Translations under genes and position numbers: made by a program
Assembly: GCA_965215565.1 (NCBI GenBank)
Contig: CBDCDZ010000004.1
Location: forward strand, 1,984,001 to 2,048,000
Direction of reading: 5' to 3'
Origin: Trueperaceae bacterium
Lineage (GTDB): Bacteria; Deinococcota; Deinococci; Deinococcales; Trueperaceae
DNA length: 64,000 nt
Notes under the pieces: model-generated
Told to the model about the DNA's origin: nothing
The model's database searches: none
What the model saw: the letters and a program-made list of their open reading frames with translations, nothing else
In this document: positions 10,339-19,367 of the stretch, one piece after another
How the letters are laid out: each line of letters opens with the position of its first letter
Position numbering within the stretch: position 1 is the first letter of the stretch

Positions 10339-10463
10339 GCAGGTAGCATCTGGTTAAGCTAGCAGGTAGCATCTGGTTAAGCTAGCAGGTAGCATCTGGT
10401 TAAGCTAGCAGGTAGCATCTGGTCGTAAAGTTAGCAGGTAACATCTGGTTAAAGTTAGCAGGT
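10338..10463 (+). repeat. Tandem array of the family-1 left terminus (23-26 bp unit)
   Basis: AGCAGGTAGCATCTGGTTAAGCT x3 exact (10338, 10361, 10384), variants at 10407 and 10433, partial at 10457. No unique spacers. Confidence 0.9.
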
Positions 10464-10600
10464 CCAGCGGGAGCGTTTGCTTCACAAAACTTCGTAACCA
10501 CGCGACTGCACCGGGTCCTAGACGCTCTCACTGCGGAAAGCATGACTCAAAGCACGCGCCGAAGCTATATCCGCGTGACACCATCTCAACAACGTTCAAG
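10456..10600 (+). mobile_element. Degenerate family-1 element body, copy B
   Basis: TAGCAGGT start, then ACGCTCTCACTG, AGCACGC and CCATCTCAACAACGTT segments shared with other copies. Confidence 0.55.
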
Positions 10601-10684
10601 AGGTCAATCATACGAGTAGGCAGCGAAACGACAAACACCCTCAGCTTCCTCGGTCACGGTGCGGCGAAAGAGGTCCTGCGCCGC

Positions 10685-11545
10685 TTGGACACCCACACGC
10701 TCCTCTTCGTCGGTCCGCCGAGCGTCGGGCGGCGGCGCGTCGCGAGGTGGTACGCCGCGCTCTTGAACTGTGAGCATAGAGGCGACGAGCCGTGCGGACA
10801 CTGCCCTAGCTGCCGCCTCTTTGAGAGTGGTCACCCCGACTACCGCGAAATCGCGCCCGAGACGACGACGAAAACAGGCAAGCGGAGCCGGAACGTGCAG
10901 TTCCGCATCGACGACCTCGTCAAGCGAGAGGGCGGCAACCCCAACCCGCTCGGACCCTGGTTGGAGACCCGCCCCCGCTTCCGGCGGCGTGTCGGCGTCA
11001 TCGACCGCGCCGAGACGCTCAACCCGCAAGCCGCCAACGCCTTTCTGAAGTTTTTAGAGGAGCCGCCCTCATACGCCGTGATCATCCTGATCGCGCCGAG
11101 TCCACAAGCGGTCTTACCGACCATCGCGTCGCGCAGCACGCCCGTGCGCTTCGGGACGGTGGACGTCTCTTCGCTAGAATCACCGACGCCGCACCCGGCA
11201 GCGAGGCTCGGACGCGCGGGTGACCTCTTGAGCGCAGCCGAGCACCCCGACGAGTTCGCGACGCTCGTCGAGCTTATCAATAGCTACGTTTTGGCGTTGG
11301 AGAAAGGGTTAGAGGAAGCGCTCGAGAAAGCCGACGCTTTAGAAAAAGCCTGGTCTGGCGAGACACGCTTTAGCGTCCCCGAACTGCTCCGCGCTCGCCT
11401 GAGTGACCTCTCGCCAGGCGCTTACGCCTCCTCGCTCATCGCCCTGGAGCGGTGCGAAAATGCGCTCGCCTCATACGCTTCGCCGGGGTTAGCGGTGCAG
11501 GTGCTGACGCTCGAGTTGCGAGAGGTCGTCCGCAACAAGCGCTGA
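10685..11545 (+). CDS. holB: DNA polymerase III subunit delta'
   Basis: LLFVGPPSVG, PCGHCPSC zinc module, HPD, AANAFLKFLEEPP, LPTIASR. The frame is open further upstream (about 10610) without a canonical start. Confidence 0.9.
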   Translation: MDTHTLLFVGPPSVGRRRVARWYAALLNCEHRGDEPCGHCPSCRLFESGHPDYREIAPETTTKTGKRSRNVQFRIDDLVKREGGNPNPLGPWLETRPRFRRRVGVIDRAETLNPQAANAFLKFLEEPPSYAVIILIAPSPQAVLPTIASRSTPVRFGTVDVSSLESPTPHPAARLGRAGDLLSAAEHPDEFATLVELINSYVLALEKGLEEALEKADALEKAWSGETRFSVPELLRARLSDLSPGAYASSLIALERCENALASYASPGLAVQVLTLELREVVRNKR

Positions 11546-11546
11546 G

Positions 11547-11942
11547 ATGAAGAGGTTTAGCGGATTGATTTTCTCTGGTAGCCCTGAACGCTACATAAAG
11601 CAGGATGATTTTTTAGTGCGTATCCCAGAGGGGTTGAACAAACGCGCTTTGCTGAACTATCTCTCCAAAGCGCTTGATTTTCCGAGCTACTTCGGAGAGA
11701 ATTGGGACGCGCTTTATGACTGCCTCAGTTCTATGCCCCTCAGTTCTACATTTTGGATAGCGGAATTACGGGTCGTTTTGATTCACGAAGCATTTCCCGA
11801 TTTGGATGACGCGAATCTAAACGTCTACCTAAGTATTTTGAACGATGTTACAGAGTTGAAAAAACAGCATACCCATTCAAGACTTGTCGCTATTTTTCCT
11901 CACTTTAAGAAGCGAGAGGGCGAAGTTAAAGAAACCCGTTGA
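11547..11942 (+). CDS. Barstar family protein
   Basis: LDFPSYFGENWDALYDCL barstar signature; AT-rich relative to its flanks. Confidence 0.8.
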   Translation: MKRFSGLIFSGSPERYIKQDDFLVRIPEGLNKRALLNYLSKALDFPSYFGENWDALYDCLSSMPLSSTFWIAELRVVLIHEAFPDLDDANLNVYLSILNDVTELKKQHTHSRLVAIFPHFKKREGEVKETR

Positions 11943-12001
11943 GCTTCCCTCTCATCTTCGGTATCCTCTTCTCTTGTGAATGAAGGAGGCTCAGCATTAG
12001 C

Positions 12002-13237
12002 GTGAACAATATTGTAGTCCAAAAATACGGCGGCACCTCGGTGGGCGACGTCGAACGAATTGGCAAGGTGGCGGCTCGAGTCGCGAGGGCGGTGAACGAG
12101 GGGCATAAGGTCGCTGTAACGGTCTCGGCGATGGGGCGCACCACGGACCGCCTCGTGTCGCTAGCGAAAGAGGTTACGCCCCGCCCGAGCCGCCGCGAGT
12201 TGGACGTTTTGATGGCGACGGGCGAGCAGCAGTCTACGGCGCTCCTCAGTATGGCGCTGCACAAGTTGGGCGTCAGGGCGCGCTCGTTTACGGGGCAGCA
12301 AGCAGGCTTCTTGACGGACGAGTTCAGCGGCGGGGCGCGCATCATCGAGGTGAACCCGGCGCGGATTTTGGACGCCTTCGAGACGGACGACGTCGCGGTC
12401 ATCGCGGGCTTTCAAGGGGTGGACGCGGCGCTCAACATCACCACGCTCGGGCGGGGCGGCTCGGATACGACGGCGGTCGCTGTCGCCGCCGCTCTGGGGG
12501 CGGACACCTGCGACATCTATACCGACACCGAAGGCGTCTACACGACGGACCCGCATCTCGTCCCGAGCGCAAAGAAGTTAGACATCATCGACTACGAAGA
12601 GATGTTGGAACTCGCCTCGCTGGGCGCTCAGGTCTTACACCCGAGGAGCGTTTGGTACGCGCGGCGCTACGGCGTGCGCGTGCACGTGCGCTCGTCCTTT
12701 TCGTATAACCCCGGCACCATCGTCACTCATCTAGGCGTCACCGAAGGGGAGAACCGCATGAAAACCGACAAACCCGTCACGGGCGTCGCCTTGGACCGCT
12801 CCCACGCCCGCATTTACCTCGCGGGCGTCGAGGACGCGCCCGGCGTCGCGGCGAAGGTCTTTAGCGCCTTGGGCGAAGCGAACATCAGTGTGGATATGAT
12901 TATCCAAGGCGTGCCGGGCGACGGCAGCCGCCAGCAGATGGCGTTCACGCTCAACCAGGATGCCGTCGCAGACGCTTTAGAGGTGGTCAAACCTATTTTG
13001 GCGGAGGTGGGCGGCACCGCTCAGGCGGACCCCGACATCGCCAAGCTCTCCATCGTCGGGGTAGCAGTCGGCTCGACGCCGGGCGTCGCGGGGCGGATGT
13101 TCGCCGCCATCGCCGAGACGGGCACAAACATCGAGATGATCGCGACGAGCGAGGTGCGCGTGTCGGTGGTGCTGCGCGCTGAGCGCGCGGAGGAGGCGCT
13201 CAGAGCCGTTCACAAGGCGTTCGATCTAGAAAGGTAG
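12002..13237 (+). CDS. lysC: Aspartate kinase (alpha subunit; beta subunit probably from an internal start at 12758)
   Basis: VQKYGGTSV, TTLGRGGSDTTAV, YTDTEGVYTTDP, two C-terminal ACT domains. Confidence 0.95.
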   Translation: MNNIVVQKYGGTSVGDVERIGKVAARVARAVNEGHKVAVTVSAMGRTTDRLVSLAKEVTPRPSRRELDVLMATGEQQSTALLSMALHKLGVRARSFTGQQAGFLTDEFSGGARIIEVNPARILDAFETDDVAVIAGFQGVDAALNITTLGRGGSDTTAVAVAAALGADTCDIYTDTEGVYTTDPHLVPSAKKLDIIDYEEMLELASLGAQVLHPRSVWYARRYGVRVHVRSSFSYNPGTIVTHLGVTEGENRMKTDKPVTGVALDRSHARIYLAGVEDAPGVAAKVFSALGEANISVDMIIQGVPGDGSRQQMAFTLNQDAVADALEVVKPILAEVGGTAQADPDIAKLSIVGVAVGSTPGVAGRMFAAIAETGTNIEMIATSEVRVSVVLRAERAEEALRAVHKAFDLER

Positions 13238-13357
13238 TGAAAAACACATTTTAATGAGGAGGACATTGTACGGCTCGTCATAGTGCGAGGCAGTAGCGTG
13301 GGTCATCCTCGAGTCGGAAAGTGGAAAAATTCACACAAAGTTCAGATTGGAGCATTT

Positions 13358-14392
13358 ATGAAGCGCATGGTATTACCTCTTTCACTCGCTCTGGGCGTGC
13401 TGCTCGCAGCTTGCGGCGTGACCGGCACGGAGACGGTCTCGCAAAGCTACGACCTCGGCTCGCAAGCCTATTTAGACGTGGCTGAAGACGCCGAAGTGAC
13501 CTTTGAAGAACTCGAGGACGGCACCACGGAAGTCACCGTTGACTTCAGCGGCGAAATCGGCAGCGCGTTCGACTCGCACCCCGCACACATCCACGCGGGC
13601 GAGGCGGGTAGCAGCGGCGCGATCGTGATTACACTCGAGCCCGTAGACGACACCACAGGTTTGAGCACTACCACCGTGACCAAATTCGACGACACCGAAG
13701 AGGAAGACGGTTCGACGACGACGGGTGCGGACGTGACCTACGAAGAACTCATCGCCTACGACGGCTACGTCAACGTCCACCTGAGCGCAGAGAACCTCGA
13801 CGTCGTCTTCGCTTCGGCGAACATCGGCGCGAATGAAGATGTTGCGTTGCCCGAAGTTCCCTCCATCGTAGAATTTGTGACGAGTCAAGCGGAAGCCGAG
13901 GCGGAAATTGACCAGGAGTTCACTATCCTCTTGGAAGCGTTAAGCATCGCTGAAGTCGATAATGCCGCTATTGCCGCGCTCACCGCGCAACTCGCGGATG
14001 ACGCTGCAGGTCCGTTTACCGTCCTCGCCCCCACGGACGACGCATTTGAGGCGTTCATCGCAGATAGTCCAGGTATTGAAAACAGGGGGGACTTATTAAT
14101 CTCAGACGCTTTGGCGAGCATCCTCAGCTATCACGTCCTCTCCGGCGCAACGGTTCGCACTGAGGTCGTCGCGGCAGCGAGCGCTGAGGGCGGTACAGAG
14201 TTGGAAACGCTGCAAGGGAGCAACCTCACCGTTTCAGCCAACGCCGAAGGCGCTATCCTTATCAACGACACAGTTGCTATCTCCGGGAGCGAAGAAGAGG
14301 TCATGGAAGCGACCAACACTGCCGCTTCAAATGGCGTGATTCACGAGATCGAAACGGTTTTGACCCCGCCTGCTCCTGCTGCAGACCAATAA
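13358..14392 (+). CDS. Lipoprotein with CHRD-like domain plus fasciclin (FAS1) domain
   Basis: Lipobox LAAC; HPAHIHAG and YVNVH (CHRD-like); FTVLAPTDDAF, LSYHVL, ASNGVIH (FAS1); very acidic. Confidence 0.8.
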   Translation: MKRMVLPLSLALGVLLAACGVTGTETVSQSYDLGSQAYLDVAEDAEVTFEELEDGTTEVTVDFSGEIGSAFDSHPAHIHAGEAGSSGAIVITLEPVDDTTGLSTTTVTKFDDTEEEDGSTTTGADVTYEELIAYDGYVNVHLSAENLDVVFASANIGANEDVALPEVPSIVEFVTSQAEAEAEIDQEFTILLEALSIAEVDNAAIAALTAQLADDAAGPFTVLAPTDDAFEAFIADSPGIENRGDLLISDALASILSYHVLSGATVRTEVVAAASAEGGTELETLQGSNLTVSANAEGAILINDTVAISGSEEEVMEATNTAASNGVIHEIETVLTPPAPAADQ

Positions 14393-14410
14393 GTACGCTT
14401 TAGACGACTC

Positions 14411-14440
14411 GAGGGCGACCTGAATTCAGGTCGCCCTCTT
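14411..14440 (+). terminator. Palindromic terminator
   Basis: GAGGGCGACCTGAATTCAGGTCGCCCTC, a perfect 28-bp palindrome after the stop codon. Confidence 0.6.
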
Positions 14441-14516
14441 CGTTGGGATAGCTCCTCATTTTTATTACTTCTCTATGGGGTTCAATAGAGTGAGCGTAAA
14501 TTTTAGGAGCATAGTG

Positions 14517-15362
14517 ATGAGAAAATGGTTGTTTTTGGCGAGTTTGAGTGTTCTTTTGGCAGCGTGCGGCACGACAGGCACGCCAGAAGAGGAGGAAACG
14601 CCCGAGGAGATCGTCGCGGGCGACAGCGTCGTCGGCGTGGCAGCAGAGGCAGGGTTGAGCGCGTTCGTGGAGGCGCTGCAAGAGGCGTCTTTGGACGACG
14701 ACTTCGCGAGCGGCGGACCCTACACGCTCTTCGCGCCGACGAACGCAGCATTTAGCGCGGCGGACGGCGCGGCGGAGGATTTGCTCGAGTACCACGTCAT
14801 CGAAGGAAGCTACACCCTAGACGAACTGACGAGCGGCTCGTATGAGACGGTGAGCGGCGTGGCCTTAGAAGTGACCGTTCAAGGGGACAGCGTGAGCTTA
14901 AATGGCGGCGAGGCGAGCGTCGTCACGCCGAACGATCTGGAGGCGTCAAACGGCGTCGTTCACGCACTGGGCGGCGTGCTGACCCCACCCGAGCCGGAGG
15001 AGGAACCTGAACCCGAGGAGCCTACCGACACGCTCTACACGGCAACCCTCGTTCCGGCGGCCGATGAGGTCGAAGGGGCAGGCGAGGCGACAGCGACACT
15101 AGATGGCACCACCTTGGACGTCGCGGGTAGCGTCCAAAGCTTGAGTGGTCCCGTGACGCAAGTCGCACTTTACGAGGGCGGCGGCGACGACACGGGGACG
15201 CTTCTTTATGAACTCGAGGCGAGCGGCACAACCTTTAGCGGCAGCCCCACCCTGACGCAAGAAGAGGTGGAAATTCTCGAGGCGGGGGACTTCTACGTCA
15301 CCGTCTCGACGGAAACCTACCCGGAGGGTGAGGTCAGCGGACCGCTCCTCCCTGAAGATTAG
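14517..15362 (+). CDS. Lipoprotein with fasciclin domain plus degenerate CHRD domain
   Basis: Lipobox LAAC; YTLFAPTNAAF, LEYHVI, ASNGVVH; C-terminal GDFYVTVSTETYPEGEVSG resembles the CHRD C-terminus. Confidence 0.78.
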   Translation: MRKWLFLASLSVLLAACGTTGTPEEEETPEEIVAGDSVVGVAAEAGLSAFVEALQEASLDDDFASGGPYTLFAPTNAAFSAADGAAEDLLEYHVIEGSYTLDELTSGSYETVSGVALEVTVQGDSVSLNGGEASVVTPNDLEASNGVVHALGGVLTPPEPEEEPEPEEPTDTLYTATLVPAADEVEGAGEATATLDGTTLDVAGSVQSLSGPVTQVALYEGGGDDTGTLLYELEASGTTFSGSPTLTQEEVEILEAGDFYVTVSTETYPEGEVSGPLLPED

Positions 15363-15904
15363 GGTATGAGTTCCTGCCAGGCGATCGCGGTAGCACCTTT
15401 TACAGACACCGCGCCGCGCACGAGGACGTGTGGCGTGTGCGCGAACCAACCTCCTCTACGCCCGGCTTTGTGAAGTTGGGCGTACCACTTTTTAGCCGCG
15501 TCGCTCAGCGCCGCGACCTCTTGATAAGTCGTGGGCTCGAGCCACCTCACGTGCGCTTCCGATATATCCTCACCGACTCGCCCAGGCTGGTAGATAACAG
15601 CGGGCAGGTGAGAGGCAGCTTCCACCGGGAGCTGATACCAGTTCACCTCCGGCAGCGTCACCCCTAACGTTTGCCACGCCTCGTAGACGAGGTGCGGATG
15701 CAGCGGCGAGAAGTTCAGCACCTCTTGGCGCAAACAGTTGAGCTTAGGAATACGCTGATACGGGATGCGCTTGCGGCTCGGATGATCGCTGTATTTAGCG
15801 ATTTGCTGCTGATAGAGTTCGGGCGCAAAGGTTTCCAATGCGCCGAGCGGGTAGAGGGTTTCTCCTGTCATGTTCTGCGGGACTTGATGGTAGATGCACG
15901 CCAC
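15359..15904 (-). CDS. Conserved hypothetical protein
   Basis: GTG at 15904 preceded by GAGGAGG; YHQVPQNM..LYPL..IPKLNC..SPLHPH..PHVLV. The upstream extension in the ORF track is repeat-derived. Confidence 0.7.
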   Translation of the reverse strand: MACIYHQVPQNMTGETLYPLGALETFAPELYQQQIAKYSDHPSRKRIPYQRIPKLNCLRQEVLNFSPLHPHLVYEAWQTLGVTLPEVNWYQLPVEAASHLPAVIYQPGRVGEDISEAHVRWLEPTTYQEVAALSDAAKKWYAQLHKAGRRGGWFAHTPHVLVRGAVSVKGATAIAWQELIP

Positions 15905-16068
15905 GCTTGACCTCCTCGTCCAATCAAGAACCCTAAGCGTAGGCGCTCGAGCGGTCAGCTTCAGCGTCCAAGGCTCTGGTGATTGGGGTGCGAAAGGGCT
16001 ATACTTTAGACACCTTGATGAACGAGCTAACCTATACGGAATCTCGATGAGCCGAGCGGACACCTTTA

Positions 16069-16150
16069 TAGCAGGTATCATCTGGTTTGAAACACGCTCA
16101 CTTCGTATGACGACGTCTAGCACGCACATTCGGTGATGAGACCTGCGCTA
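16069..16150 (+). mobile_element. Family-1 element, short copy C
   Basis: TAGCAGGTATCATCTGGTTTGAAACACGCTCACT...CTAGCACGCACATTCGGTGATGAGACCTGCGCTA; overlaps the start of the next gene. Confidence 0.75.
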
Positions 16151-16843
16151 TTTCAGTCCAATACTTCTGATAACCGCTTTATTCAGCTCTACAACCAGCT
16201 CGACGAACACCTCGCGCAAATCATGGATGAAGACTCGAGGACGCCCTTCTACAGCCTCGTCGAAAGGGCCGCCCAACGCCGCTTTATCGTCAAGCGCGAT
16301 GAGGCAACGCTCAAGAAGTACGGCAGCTTGCGCAACCTCATCGTGCACGACGCCGACTATCCCAAGCACGTTTTAGCGGAGCCCACCGAGGAGAACTTGG
16401 CGCAGTTCGGGCGTATCGTGCAACGCCTTATGCACCCGCAAACACTGAACGACTTTCGCAGGGAGGTCCGCACGTTTTCAGAGCGCGACACGCTCGCCTC
16501 TGCGTTAGCGCACATGCGTAGCGGAGACTTTTCTCAAGTCGTAGTGAGAGATGACCACTTAGCCTTACTCACAACCGAGGGCGTAACGAAGTGGTTGGAG
16601 CGCCAGCAAAACGCAGCAAGTTTAGCAGACGCGACGATTGGCGACGCGCTCACACACGAACCTCCCGGCAGTTTTGAATTGGTGAGCCGACGAGAGACGC
16701 TCGAGCAGGCGCAAGCGACCTTTATCGGGGCGTTAGAACGGGGAAAACCGCGCCTCTACGCGCTCATCATCACTGAGAACGGCAAGCCTCACGAGACACC
16801 TTTAGGCGTGGTGACGCCCTGGGACGTCATCGAAAACGACTAG
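16133..16843 (+). CDS. HEPN-like N-terminal domain plus CBS-pair protein
   Basis: Helical N-terminus with RNLIVH (Rx4H); C-terminal CBS motifs (DFSQVVV..LLT; LIITENG..LGVVTPWD). Confidence 0.7.
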   Translation: MMRPALFQSNTSDNRFIQLYNQLDEHLAQIMDEDSRTPFYSLVERAAQRRFIVKRDEATLKKYGSLRNLIVHDADYPKHVLAEPTEENLAQFGRIVQRLMHPQTLNDFRREVRTFSERDTLASALAHMRSGDFSQVVVRDDHLALLTTEGVTKWLERQQNAASLADATIGDALTHEPPGSFELVSRRETLEQAQATFIGALERGKPRLYALIITENGKPHETPLGVVTPWDVIEND

Positions 16844-19122
16844 GCTTGCAGCGTAATGGTGGGATTGGGCTCCAGCGTCTCCAAAAGCGCCTCGGATAGC
16901 ACTAGCGCCGCCTTCTTATCTAAAATTTGATTGCCGTTGCCGCATTTAGGCGACAACACGCAGCGCGGACAGCCCTCTTTGCAGGTGCAGTCTCGCAAGA
17001 GGTCACGCGCCGCGCCTAACCACTCGGGAAAGCGCGACGCGCCTGAGCGCGTGTAGCCGACGCCGCCCGGATAGCCGTCGTAGATGAACACGAGGGGTTC
17101 GCCCACCGCCGGATAGAAGGGATAGGAGACGCCGCCCACGTCGGCGCGTTCGCAGAGAACGAACACGGGTAAAAGCCCAATGAGGGTGTGCTCTAAAGCG
17201 TGCATCGCCGCGGGCAAGTCGGCGGGTGGGAGCGCCTGCGCGACCTCTTTGACGCTGAACCAGAGTGCTTGCGTCGGGTAAGACACGTCGGGCAAATCCA
17301 AGAGCCGCTCGTCCAGCGCTGCTTCGCTGTAGAAGCGCTTACGCACATAAGAGGTCATCTGCGTGGTGACGCGCACCCGCCCGGTCTGAACGCCGCGCCT
17401 TCTTCCGTCCAGAGACGCCTCACGCTCCAAAATCTCGATCTCTGTCACCGAGCGCGTCTGCGTGTAGTAGTCCTCAATATGGGGGAGCAGGACGGCGACG
17501 CCCTTTTCCAAGTCGAGGTTGCGCACCAAGTAGTTCTCCCCCTGATGCAGATAGACCGCGCCGGGGTGAAGTTCGCGGAGTGCCGCTTCAAAGTCGCTCA
17601 CGCCAAAGGAGTTGCCCGAGGCGTCTTTCATCACGATGCGCTTGCCGCCCGTGCCGCGCACGCTGATCTTCGGGTGCGGGTAGCCGCCTAAGTGATAGAA
17701 CTTGCCGCGCAACTCTTTGAGGCGAGGGGTCTCACGTAAGTCAGCCGAGCCGACGATCTCTTCTCTTTCGACAAGTGGACGCTCGTACGCCGCGCACGCG
17801 AGGTGGAGTGGGTGAAGCTCGCTGTTGAAGGCGTCCGCGACGGCGTTCTCGGCGCGTCCGTCGGTGATGAGGTCGGGATGATTCAAATAATACTCGTCCA
17901 AGGGGTCGTTGCCGGGGATGAGCAGCGTCAGCGCACGCTTGTCACCGCGCCCGGCGCGTCCGGCGCGCTGCCAGAGCGCGGTCATGGAGCCGGGGTAGCC
18001 GACTAAAACGACGGCGTCTACGCCGCCTACGTCCACCCCGAGTTCTAACGCGCTTGTCGCGGTCAACACGCGCAAGTCACCGTTTTTGAAGTCCGCTTCT
18101 AACTTCCTTCTATCCTCCGGCGTATAGCCCGCGCGATACGAGCCCAACCGCGCCGCCTCTTCGTCCGTAAGCTGCCCGGCAGCGTAGCGGCGCAGGAGTT
18201 CGGCGGTCTTGCGAGAGTTGCAAAAGAAGATGCTCTTTAGACCCGTGCGCACGAAGAGCGCGGCGAGGTCCGCCGCTTCGGTGTTGACGCTGCGCCGCGC
18301 ATCTTTGCCGGGCAGCTCGGGCGGACGCCAGAAGAGGAGTTCGCGCGCCGCACGTGGTCCGTGGTCCTCGCGCACCGCCGCAAAATCTAAGCCTGTCAAG
18401 TTCTGCGCGTGCAACGCGGGGTTGCCGATCGTTGCGCTCGCTGCAATAACTTGGGGCGACGCGCCGTAATAGTAAGCCAACCGCAGCAGCCGCCGCAAGA
18501 TGTTCGCCACGTGCGTCCCCATCACCCCGCGATAGGCGTGCAACTCGTCCACCACAATGAACTGTAGACGGCTAAAGAAGTCCGCCCAGAGCGCGTGGTG
18601 CGGCAAGATGCCGTAGTGGAGCATGTCGGGGTTGGTGAGCAGACAGCCCGCGTGCTCGCGCACGGCGCGGCGCTCACGACTCGGGGTGTCGCCGTCGTAG
18701 CTCGAGACCCGCGCCTCCACCCCGAAAACCCGCGCAAAGTCGCGCAGCTTGTCCAACTGGTCGTGCGCGAGCGCTTTGGTCGGGAAGAGGTAGAGCGCTG
18801 CACCTCCATTCTGCAGCGCGCTCACGGTAGGCACCTGGTAGTTCAGCGACTTGCCCGACGCCGTCGGCGTGGCGATGACGACGTGATGCCCCGCTTCGAT
18901 GAGCGTCAGCGCTTCCGCTTGATGGCGGTAAGGCGTGACGCCGAGCGTATCTAAAAGAGGTCGGTAAGCGCCCTCGTAGATGAGCCGCTCCCCTTCTTTA
19001 CGCCCCGGCAAGAAGCTGTAAGAGGTGATCTGCCCCTTGTAGTCCGCCAAAGAGGTCAGCCAGCCGTGATAGGAGCCGTAGTCGCGTAGAATGTCGGGCA
19101 GGGCTTCGGAGGGTTTCGGCAC
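16840..19122 (-). CDS. DEAD/DEAH-box helicase with DUF1998 (MrfA/YprA/Hrq1-like)
   Basis: TPTASGKS, DELH, SATIGNP, SALELGVDVG, QRAGRAGR, and C-terminal CTCKEGCPRC zinc site. Confidence 0.92.
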   Translation of the reverse strand: MPKPSEALPDILRDYGSYHGWLTSLADYKGQITSYSFLPGRKEGERLIYEGAYRPLLDTLGVTPYRHQAEALTLIEAGHHVVIATPTASGKSLNYQVPTVSALQNGGAALYLFPTKALAHDQLDKLRDFARVFGVEARVSSYDGDTPSRERRAVREHAGCLLTNPDMLHYGILPHHALWADFFSRLQFIVVDELHAYRGVMGTHVANILRRLLRLAYYYGASPQVIAASATIGNPALHAQNLTGLDFAAVREDHGPRAARELLFWRPPELPGKDARRSVNTEAADLAALFVRTGLKSIFFCNSRKTAELLRRYAAGQLTDEEAARLGSYRAGYTPEDRRKLEADFKNGDLRVLTATSALELGVDVGGVDAVVLVGYPGSMTALWQRAGRAGRGDKRALTLLIPGNDPLDEYYLNHPDLITDGRAENAVADAFNSELHPLHLACAAYERPLVEREEIVGSADLRETPRLKELRGKFYHLGGYPHPKISVRGTGGKRIVMKDASGNSFGVSDFEAALRELHPGAVYLHQGENYLVRNLDLEKGVAVLLPHIEDYYTQTRSVTEIEILEREASLDGRRRGVQTGRVRVTTQMTSYVRKRFYSEAALDERLLDLPDVSYPTQALWFSVKEVAQALPPADLPAAMHALEHTLIGLLPVFVLCERADVGGVSYPFYPAVGEPLVFIYDGYPGGVGYTRSGASRFPEWLGAARDLLRDCTCKEGCPRCVLSPKCGNGNQILDKKAALVLSEALLETLEPNPTITLQA

Positions 19123-19367
19123 CCTCTAAGCGTACCGCACGCCGCCTCACGAGAGGTATTTTTGAGAAGCTTTTGAGTGAGAGTCGTAGGGGATTCGAGC
19201 GCACCTCTCCACACGTCTCTTACGGTATCTTTGTCCTTTCAAAGCGACAACAGTGGCATTCTAGGCGTCACTTTTTGCAATCTCACCTCGCATTGTGAGA
19301 ATTCAAACATGCTACACTCCCTTGTCATGCGCGTTCATCTCAGCTTAATCTTTCTAGGGGTTGTCTC

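Noticed and set aside
10338..10463. CRISPR array
   Set aside because: Units are head-to-tail with no unique spacers, match the dispersed element end, and no cas genes are present.
16840..19122. DISARM/Druantia-type defence system suggested by the DUF1998 helicase
   Set aside because: Stand-alone MrfA/YprA-like helicase without methylase, PLD or other partner genes.
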